This document shows, piece by piece, positions 28,467 through 35,877 of a DNA stretch of 58,634 nucleotides; position 1 is the first letter of the stretch; each line of letters starts with the position of its first letter. A program made the translations under genes and the position numbers. This stretch comes from Pyrinomonadaceae bacterium (GTDB taxonomy: Bacteria > Acidobacteriota > Blastocatellia > Pyrinomonadales > Pyrinomonadaceae). The notes below the pieces were generated by a model. It was given only the letters and a program-made list of their open reading frames with translations. It was not told where the DNA came from and did no database searches. The stretch spans positions 1 through 58,634 of the forward strand of contig JBGTKQ010000146.1 of the NCBI GenBank assembly GCA_041744555.1, read 5' to 3'.

Positions 28467-31274
28467 ATGCCAAAGATCAAGGTTCTGGTTATTGCTGTTT
28501 TCGGGCTATTCGCTCTTTTTTTCGTAGGATATGAACGAGTTCCGACAACGGCACAAGGTCGAGCCGCGGGCAATGCTCCAGCGGCACCTACTGGATTTAC
28601 TGCGTCGGACAACGACTACTCCAATAAGGTCGGTTTGATCTGGAATACGGTTCGCGGTGCTACGACATACCGGGTATTTCGGAACACGGTGAACGAGCCG
28701 AATTCGGCGACGGACATTGGCTCGACGGCGGCGAATCAATTCGCCGATACGACAGCAATGGCGAACGTAGGTTATTTTTATTGGGTCCGGGCCGAAAATG
28801 CCGGCGGGAACAGTCCGTTTAGTGTCGCCGATGCAGGAATTAGGGCGATCGGTGGGCCTCCGCCGGGACCGTTTCTTCCGCAAGAACCACCGACGCCTCC
28901 GGCAGGCAATCCTGTAACAGCCGCAAAAGTGTCGCTCGGAAAAACGCTTTTTTGGGACGAACAGCTTTCTTCGACCAACACAGTTTCGTGCGGAACCTGC
29001 CATCGTCCTGCTGAGGGCGGATCTGACCCGCGAACATTGATCGGCGACATACGTTCGCTCAATCCCGGGTTTGATGGCGTTCAGAATACGCCGGACGATA
29101 TTTTCGGTTCTATCGGCGTGCCCAGAAATAACATAGACGGCACCTATTCTACTGCGCCTTTTTTCGGCCTTCGGCAACAGGTAACCGGAAGAAAAGCTCC
29201 ATCGTATCTTAACGCGGGATACGGGTTTGCCGGTCTATTCTGGGACGGACGAGCTTCTGATGTATTCCGCGACCCGATCACAAACGAGATCGTCTTGGAT
29301 TCGAACGCAAGCCTCGAGAGTCAGGTTCTTGGACCACCGACGTCAGATGTTGAAATGGGTCATGTTGGACAAAATTGGCCGCAGATCGCTCAAAGGATCG
29401 CTGCGGCCCGGCCACTAACGGTCGCCGGAAATATTCCGGCTTCGCTTTCAGATTGGATCGACGGCCGTAACTATCCTGAGCTTTTTGACGAAGCATTTGG
29501 AACACCCGAGGTTACACCGGCCCGCATCGCAATGGCGATCGCTACACATGAACGACAGTTGATCACAGACAGAACGCCGCTCGATCGCTGGAGTGCGGGA
29601 ATTGAGAATCTTACGCCTAGCGAGTTAAACGGCGCGGATCTATTCGTTTCTAACCAGTGCAGTGCGTGTCACGCAAACTCGCTCCTTTCCGACAATTTCT
29701 TCCATAACATCGGTGTTCGTCCGCCGAACGAAGATCGGGGCCGGGGCGTTGTTACTAACAATCCGCTGAACGATGGCGAATTCAAAACGCCCACGCTTCG
29801 CAACACTGAGCTTCATGGCCCATATATGCACAACGGGCGTTTCGCGACCCTTGAAGAAGTTGTCGATTTCTATGACCGAGGCGGCGACCATGACGCCCCG
29901 AATATAAATCGAGGACTGATCAGAGTTCTAGGCCTTACGGCTCAGGAAAAGGCTGATCTTGTTGCGTTTATGAAGCGGCCGTTGACCGATCCGCGGGTTC
30001 AGAATGAACTTCCGCCCTTCGATCGACCACAGCTTTATACGGAATCAAATCGCGTTCCTGTTGTAAGCGGCACGGGTAGAGCCGGTAACGGTGGGGATGT
30101 TCCCAATGCGATCGCGATCGAACCTCCGTTTGTCGGAAACCCAAGCTTTACCGTTGCGGTTTCGCAGGGACTTGGTGGAGCGAATGCGACGCTTGTTATT
30201 TCGTCTGCGGATCCGGGCGTAGGTTCGTCGATTCCCGGATCCGGTTCCTTCGCCTTTCGTCAACTCGCCCTTAACGGGGCAGGACAGGCTTCGGTAAGCC
30301 TTCCTATTCCCGATAATGCGTCGCTCATCGGTGACACATTCTACGGACGTTGGTATGTTATCGATCCTTCGGCGGCGAATGGTTTCTCTGTTTCCAGGTT
30401 GTTTCGTTACACCGTTTTTGGCGTTGCACAGCCGAAACCTGCCTTTGTTGATTTTGATGGCGATCGAAAAACCGATGTTTCGATATTCCGTCCGGGCCCG
30501 GGAGAATGGTGGTACCAACGTAGTTCTGACAACGGCTCGAATGCGCTTCCGTTCGGACTTGGCAGCGACAAGATAGTTCCGGCTGACTTTACCGGCGATG
30601 GTAAGACTGATATCGCAGTTTGGCGGCCTTCGAGCGGACAATGGTTCATTCTTCGCAGCGAAGACAATAGCTTTTTCGCGTTTCCGTTCGGCGCATCCGG
30701 CGATATTCCGGCTCCCGGCGATTTTGACGGAGATGGCATTGCCGATGCAGCGGTCTATCGGCCCTCGAGTGGGATATGGTTCATTCAGCAGTCATCGGGT
30801 GGATTTCGGTTTGAGAACTTCGGTCTGCCGAACGACGTTCCACAGGTTGCGGATTACGACAACGACGGCCGTTCAGATATCGGAGTATTCAGGCCAGATG
30901 GCCCTTCGGGCGCCGAGTGGTGGTTGTTGCGCTCTTCGGCGGGCACGATCGCTCTACAATTCGGTTTATCGACTGATAAGCCGGTTGTGGCTGATTACAC
31001 GGGTGATGGTACGGCCGACGTGGCGTTTTGGCGGCAGAGTGACGGATTTTGGTACGTGCTAAGGAGCGATGACTTCAGTTATTTCGCCTTTCCGTTCGGA
31101 TCGGCAGGCGATGCTCCGGCACCGGGCGACTACGATGGCGACGGAACTACCGACGCCGCGGTGTTCAGGTCTTCGCAGGCCATCTTCTACATACTGAGAT
31201 CAACAGGCGGGGTTGGTGTTGTACCATTCGGTGCGGAAGGGGATATTCCGGTTCCGGCAGCCTACATACCATAG
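28467..31274 (+). CDS. Fusion protein: signal anchor + Fn3-like domain + di-haem cytochrome c peroxidase/MauG-family domain + Ig-like domain + six FG-GAP/VCBS repeats (paralogue 1)
   Basis: The ATG at 28467 is preceded by AAGGAG (28450-28455); the ORF-track start at 28365 adds a non-signal extension. Haem motifs are CGTCH (28989) and CSACH (29658), with FKTPTLRN...PYMHNG. The C-terminus has six about 45-aa repeats, D[FY][DT]GDGxxD...FR...W...FG. Confidence 0.85.
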   Translation: MPKIKVLVIAVFGLFALFFVGYERVPTTAQGRAAGNAPAAPTGFTASDNDYSNKVGLIWNTVRGATTYRVFRNTVNEPNSATDIGSTAANQFADTTAMANVGYFYWVRAENAGGNSPFSVADAGIRAIGGPPPGPFLPQEPPTPPAGNPVTAAKVSLGKTLFWDEQLSSTNTVSCGTCHRPAEGGSDPRTLIGDIRSLNPGFDGVQNTPDDIFGSIGVPRNNIDGTYSTAPFFGLRQQVTGRKAPSYLNAGYGFAGLFWDGRASDVFRDPITNEIVLDSNASLESQVLGPPTSDVEMGHVGQNWPQIAQRIAAARPLTVAGNIPASLSDWIDGRNYPELFDEAFGTPEVTPARIAMAIATHERQLITDRTPLDRWSAGIENLTPSELNGADLFVSNQCSACHANSLLSDNFFHNIGVRPPNEDRGRGVVTNNPLNDGEFKTPTLRNTELHGPYMHNGRFATLEEVVDFYDRGGDHDAPNINRGLIRVLGLTAQEKADLVAFMKRPLTDPRVQNELPPFDRPQLYTESNRVPVVSGTGRAGNGGDVPNAIAIEPPFVGNPSFTVAVSQGLGGANATLVISSADPGVGSSIPGSGSFAFRQLALNGAGQASVSLPIPDNASLIGDTFYGRWYVIDPSAANGFSVSRLFRYTVFGVAQPKPAFVDFDGDRKTDVSIFRPGPGEWWYQRSSDNGSNALPFGLGSDKIVPADFTGDGKTDIAVWRPSSGQWFILRSEDNSFFAFPFGASGDIPAPGDFDGDGIADAAVYRPSSGIWFIQQSSGGFRFENFGLPNDVPQVADYDNDGRSDIGVFRPDGPSGAEWWLLRSSAGTIALQFGLSTDKPVVADYTGDGTADVAFWRQSDGFWYVLRSDDFSYFAFPFGSAGDAPAPGDYDGDGTTDAAVFRSSQAIFYILRSTGGVGVVPFGAEGDIPVPAAYIP
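30441..31271 (+). repeat. Six tandem in-frame FG-GAP/VCBS coding repeats (period about 135 nt)
   Basis: The blades start VDFDGDRKTD, ADFTGDGKTD, GDFDGDGIAD, ADYDNDGRSD, ADYTGDGTAD and GDYDGDGTTD. Each is followed by (F/W/Y)R..(G)xW and then FG. Confidence 0.85.
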
Positions 31275-31390
31275 GCTCGGCAGTCTAACTTGGATCAACG
31301 CCCAACTTCGAGATCGGGGTCCGTTTTTGCCGGACGGCGATCGGCTAACGGGATTTGACGACGTTGAATTTAACGATGGCCCACGCAAAA

Positions 31391-31414
31391 GAAGGCGGCT
31401 CGAAAGCCGCCTTC
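31391..31414 (-). terminator. Rho-independent terminator of the 707-aa gene (possibly bidirectional)
   Basis: Perfect 9-bp stem GAAGGCGGC / GCCGCCTTC with a 6-nt loop. On the minus strand it is followed by TTTTG and lies 25 nt past the stop at 31440. Confidence 0.75.
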
Positions 31415-31439
31415 TAAAATTGACTTTGTCCCTATAAAT

Positions 31440-33563
31440 CTAGGGCAACGCAATAAAGTTCAAACCACCAACATTTTCCGTGATCTGGATCTGCTGAGAA
31501 GTAAAAGTGTAATTCTTAGCTCGAACCGCGATCGTGTACGTTCCACCCGGTACTACGTTATCAAAGCGATAATTGCCGAATGGGTTTGTCGGCGTTGTTC
31601 TGACATTACCGCCCGGATCGGTGATCGTGACATAGGCCAAACCTATCCCACGGCCGCCGCTTTGAGTTAATACTTTTCCGGAGACAGAAACAAATGCGGC
31701 CAGCGGAGTACTTGGACCCTGAACCTGTACGTTCATCGGTGCACCGGTCTTGAAGAAACCAAGCGTCGCGTTCACGAGTGTCGGCGGACGATCAGAATCA
31801 AAGCTGAACGTGTACATCGTGCTCCAACGGATCGCGTTAGCATTCTGGTTTTGAGCAAATGTTTCGCTACTCCACGTTATTGCCGCCGAATCTCGAACGT
31901 CGGCCCAAGCTGTTGAGGCGAAGCCCAAATTGCTGAGCGTACCGTCGGCGGGTGCTCCCGGATGCTGAGGCGGAGCGTGGAACGTGGTGTTCGAAACGCT
32001 AATATTCGATGCAGCCGGAACACTGAAAGATTGGACCGCACGATCAAGGTTCTGATTGTAAATAGCGTAAACGTAGCGCCATACACCCGGCGACGGGTTT
32101 GTGACCTTATAGGCAATGATGCCAATTCCATCCACTCCTGGTGCAGGAGCAAATTCAAGGGTGGACGCTCCAGTCCAAGCAGTGATCGCTGCTTTTTCAC
32201 GGACGGTCGAACTCGCCGCGGAAAAGCTGAATGGGCTGGCAGTTCCGGACACATTGTACCGACGATAGGAAATGTTGTTGTACTGGTTACACTGCGTCGG
32301 ATTTGCAACACACCAATTATACTCATGCGGAGTTACATACTGACCCTCAGCATAATAAGTTGCTCCTGCATTCTGCGATGTGCTCAGATCCGTGATCTTT
32401 GTAAGAATGCGGTGCGTTGGACCCTGATGGCTGTGGCTGGTATGTGAATTCGGTGGTGTTGCAGAATCGCCTCGCGGGAAAAAGCCCGTGAACGGATTGA
32501 TCCAAGCTTTTGAGCCAAGATTCGGTCCGGAGTTCAAACTTGCTGAATAAGGATCAGAACAGCCTGATCCCAATCGGGAACCGCCAACGCCATTACAACC
32601 AAGCTGACACAGGTTTTGCGTCAACGCGGTAAAGCCGTGCTTTACGCTTGACTGGCCGATCTGCTCCAGTCTCTCGTCATTGTTCGGTCCGCCGCGAAGT
32701 CGATAAAGATTCTGTGGGATCGCTGGATGATCGTTATTCGGTAACGCAAACCAATTGAGGTCAACAGTGCCGTAGTTGCAGGAATCGGTTCCAAGAGCGA
32801 GGCCAACAAATTCACCACTCGCCGACCCAAACTGAGCAAGTCCGTTTACATCGCCTACGACGACGTCCGGCCCAGGCCGCGTTCCTGCAAGATCACCGCT
32901 TGGTGGAAGCTTGCTTGACTCGACGTCGCCATCTACAACTTCTACGACCTCGATCGATTTCATCTGCACATTAGCTGATATTTCTCCGACGATCGTGCCC
33001 TTTGCCGACGATTTCTCGAGGTCGTTCGCATACTCATCAGCGAGCAATAAACGCCCACCACGGATGCCGAGTGTTTTCGCGACAGGGTCAAAATCAAACT
33101 CATGGCCTTCGATATTGAAATAATGTCGGCCAGTTGCGGAGTCGCGGATAAGGAGCTCATAATCGCCACCAAATGGTGCCCTTTCCAGAACGAAGGTTCG
33201 GTACGCAGTTGCAAGGCTTTCCGGCAATAAAGAAGAGCCTTTAGGTTCTAATTCCATTGAACTCGGAACAGGTCCACGTAATTCGTCATTGAAAGCTATA
33301 ACGGTAAAGTAAGTATCTTTCCGCGTCGAATAATTGACGGTCGTGGATCTCAAACCCGAACTGGAACCGGTCAAACGGTCGAGGTCGAGATTCAGGGTCA
33401 CGTTACCGCTCGCAACGATCATCTTATCAACTCGGCCGGTCTCTCCTTTCGGTCCGGCGACCGTTTCACCCTCAGAAACGCTAAAAACAAAAATGGCCAA
33501 AGCCGCCACCCCAAGTACCGAAACTACGATACGAAAGAGGTTCTTCCGCAAAATCTTCATCAT
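31440..33563 (-). CDS. Orphan secreted Cys/His-rich protein with C-terminal CarboxypepD_reg-like domain
   Basis: N-terminal signal/anchor. Six Cys (aa 262, 319, 323, 335, 418, 425) and a His cluster NSHTSHSHQGPTH (32412-32450). The C-terminal about 80 aa (GKVLTQSGGRGIGLAYVTITDPGGNVRTTPTNPFGNYRFDNVVPGGTYTIAV) is a carboxypeptidase-regulatory-like sandwich. I cannot assign the core. Confidence 0.6.
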   Translation of the reverse strand: MMKILRKNLFRIVVSVLGVAALAIFVFSVSEGETVAGPKGETGRVDKMIVASGNVTLNLDLDRLTGSSSGLRSTTVNYSTRKDTYFTVIAFNDELRGPVPSSMELEPKGSSLLPESLATAYRTFVLERAPFGGDYELLIRDSATGRHYFNIEGHEFDFDPVAKTLGIRGGRLLLADEYANDLEKSSAKGTIVGEISANVQMKSIEVVEVVDGDVESSKLPPSGDLAGTRPGPDVVVGDVNGLAQFGSASGEFVGLALGTDSCNYGTVDLNWFALPNNDHPAIPQNLYRLRGGPNNDERLEQIGQSSVKHGFTALTQNLCQLGCNGVGGSRLGSGCSDPYSASLNSGPNLGSKAWINPFTGFFPRGDSATPPNSHTSHSHQGPTHRILTKITDLSTSQNAGATYYAEGQYVTPHEYNWCVANPTQCNQYNNISYRRYNVSGTASPFSFSAASSTVREKAAITAWTGASTLEFAPAPGVDGIGIIAYKVTNPSPGVWRYVYAIYNQNLDRAVQSFSVPAASNISVSNTTFHAPPQHPGAPADGTLSNLGFASTAWADVRDSAAITWSSETFAQNQNANAIRWSTMYTFSFDSDRPPTLVNATLGFFKTGAPMNVQVQGPSTPLAAFVSVSGKVLTQSGGRGIGLAYVTITDPGGNVRTTPTNPFGNYRFDNVVPGGTYTIAVRAKNYTFTSQQIQITENVGGLNFIALP

Positions 33564-33826
33564 TCTTCTCCTGTGTTTTACCCTGCAGTTTCAAGAAGCC
33601 CAAACAAGAAGGTACACGAACGGCCCAACTGTGTTCGGAAAGTTTCTAAAAGCTTAGCATACAGCCGTTCAAGGAAACAATCTGTCTTGCCTACTTGTTT
33701 TCGATAGGATCACCGATTCAGATGCCCGTTGCACATCCTTTGTATTTCGAATGAGAACCGTAGGGCCGATATGGTTTAATAATATTCATAATTAAACTTC
33801 TCTATCCTTAGGCGAACGAACGTAAA

Positions 33827-35734
33827 ATGAATACCGGGTGCGAAAGTGAAAAACATAAAAGCAAGCGGTCAGTAAGTTTGCCGGTGATAAATAGTTCAGC
33901 AGGAACAAAGCCTGTGATCGCTGATTCGCGGACGAGTTGGTGGCGTGCGGCCGCGTTGATCGCTCTAAACTTGTTGATGGTGGCTCACATCATACAGTGG
34001 AAGTTTATGGGGAGTACCGTATCTCCGATCGAGCCTTCGGAGTCGATGTACACGCTTCAGACCGGTGCGGTAAACGCCGGATTTATCTTTTTTACGTTAG
34101 CGATCTTGGCAACGTTGATCTTTGGCCGATTCGTTTGCGGTTGGGCATGTCACATCGTTGCTCTCCAGGATCTTTGCGCCTGGTTACTTAAAAAATTGGG
34201 GTTGAAGCCTGTTGCATTCCGGTCGAGGCTGTTGATCTACGTTCCTCTCATTACGGCCTTGTATATGTTCGTTTGGCCTACGGTAGGACGATTTCTAACA
34301 AAGGCTGAGAATGAAAGCCTGTTCCCGCAATTTACAAATCATCTGATCACCACCGACTTTTGGGCGACATTTCCACCGGTTTGGGTCGCTATACCATTTC
34401 TTTTTGTCGTCGGATTTGCCACCGTGTATTTCCTCGGTTCGAAAGGCTTCTGCACTTATGGATGCCCATACGGCGGGTTCTTTGCCGTCGCTGATAAATT
34501 CGCTCCGGGCAAGATCCGGGTCACCGATGCCTGCAATCAGTGTGGACATTGCACGGCTACCTGCACGTCAAACGTAAAGGTTCATCAAGAGGTAAACGCG
34601 TACGGAATGGTCGTTGATCCGGGATGTATGAAATGCATGGATTGCATAAGCGTTTGTCCGAATGACGCACTATATTTTGGGTTTGGAAAGCCATCGGTTG
34701 CCGTTAAAAAGACCACAAAACCTCATTATTCCCTCACTTGGCCCGAAGAGATCGCAGGTTCGATAGTCTTCGTCGCGAGTTTTTTCGCAGTTTGGAATGT
34801 TTATCAGATAGTGCCGATGCTAATGGCGATCGGCATAGCGATCATTACAACGTTTCTCGCTCTCCGATCGTGGCGTTTGCTCGGAGTAGATAACTTTGCC
34901 TTTTACGGACGCAGCCTTAGAAGCGATGGTAAATTTACCCCGGCCGGTTTCGCCTTTCTATTATTTTCAACTATTTGGATCATGGTTGGCTTTCATAGCG
35001 GCTTTATCCGATTCCATGAGTCTGCGGGCAATAATGCCTATGAATCGCTGAATGTGCCGGATGAACTTGCGCTCGCTCAGGCCGATCCGACCCATTGGCT
35101 CGATGCCGATGGCACCGCTAATGTCGCAACGGGAACCTATCATTTTCGGCAGGCGGCCCGGCTCGGTTTGCTTTCAAATATCGATGCAATGCCAAAACGG
35201 GCGTGGATGGAGTTTCTTGCAGGAAATGCCGAAATGGCCGAACGAATTCTCTCCAAATCTGCGGAAATGCAAACAGGTCAGGCGCGGGCTTTAAGTCTTT
35301 ATTATCGAGGTGCGATCCTAAATCGACTCGGTCGTTCTGAAGAGGCGATGACAAGTCTCGATCTGGCATTGGCCGAACGGCCGGACCTTGTAACTGCTTT
35401 GGAAGAAAAAGGTGAGTCTCTTTGGAAAATGGATCGTAAACTTGAAGCGATCGAAGCCTGGCAAGCGGCCCTTGCAAAGACCGACGCACTTCCGTTGGCG
35501 ACCAAATTTCTAGCGGGAGCATTAAAAGCGACTGGCGATCTGAGGATGTCACAAGAACTTGATCAAAAAGCGGATATTTTGATTCCGTCCGACCCATTTT
35601 TCCATTGGGTGATCGCGACACGCCTAGACAACGTTGGTATGGGTGAATTGGCGGAAAAACATTATTCTAAGGCGATCCAACTAAACCCGAGCTTCGAGTT
35701 GCGACGATTTCCCCGGCAAAGTCGACCGCGATAA
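33827..35734 (+). CDS. Integral-membrane polyferredoxin (NapH/MauN/CcoG-like, 2x[4Fe-4S]) fused to C-terminal TPR domain
   Basis: TM helices carry the family-typical motifs FVCGWACH and GFCTYGCPYGG. Two ferredoxin motifs, CNQCGHCTATC and CMKCMDCISVCP, lie at 34532-34660. More TM helices follow, then about 180 aa of TPR-like repeats. Confidence 0.75.
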   Translation: MNTGCESEKHKSKRSVSLPVINSSAGTKPVIADSRTSWWRAAALIALNLLMVAHIIQWKFMGSTVSPIEPSESMYTLQTGAVNAGFIFFTLAILATLIFGRFVCGWACHIVALQDLCAWLLKKLGLKPVAFRSRLLIYVPLITALYMFVWPTVGRFLTKAENESLFPQFTNHLITTDFWATFPPVWVAIPFLFVVGFATVYFLGSKGFCTYGCPYGGFFAVADKFAPGKIRVTDACNQCGHCTATCTSNVKVHQEVNAYGMVVDPGCMKCMDCISVCPNDALYFGFGKPSVAVKKTTKPHYSLTWPEEIAGSIVFVASFFAVWNVYQIVPMLMAIGIAIITTFLALRSWRLLGVDNFAFYGRSLRSDGKFTPAGFAFLLFSTIWIMVGFHSGFIRFHESAGNNAYESLNVPDELALAQADPTHWLDADGTANVATGTYHFRQAARLGLLSNIDAMPKRAWMEFLAGNAEMAERILSKSAEMQTGQARALSLYYRGAILNRLGRSEEAMTSLDLALAERPDLVTALEEKGESLWKMDRKLEAIEAWQAALAKTDALPLATKFLAGALKATGDLRMSQELDQKADILIPSDPFFHWVIATRLDNVGMGELAEKHYSKAIQLNPSFELRRFPRQSRPR

Positions 35735-35877
35735 TTTTCCAAGAACGTGTTTTTTTTCGACTTTCTGGTTCTCAATTTGGTCTAATGCTGCTGATCGGCT
35801 ATTTCAAACAGAACATCATTTCAAAATTTTGAGTTAGCATTTACGTTCGAGTCTAAAGTCTGTGTAGGGTTGCCCGA

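Noticed and set aside
30441-31271. Periodic about 135-nt repeats, also at 37855-38682, that could be mistaken for a repeat array or CRISPR.
   Set aside because: The repeats are degenerate, in frame, and encode FG-GAP/VCBS blades. The period is far longer than a CRISPR repeat-plus-spacer unit, and no identical short repeats are present.
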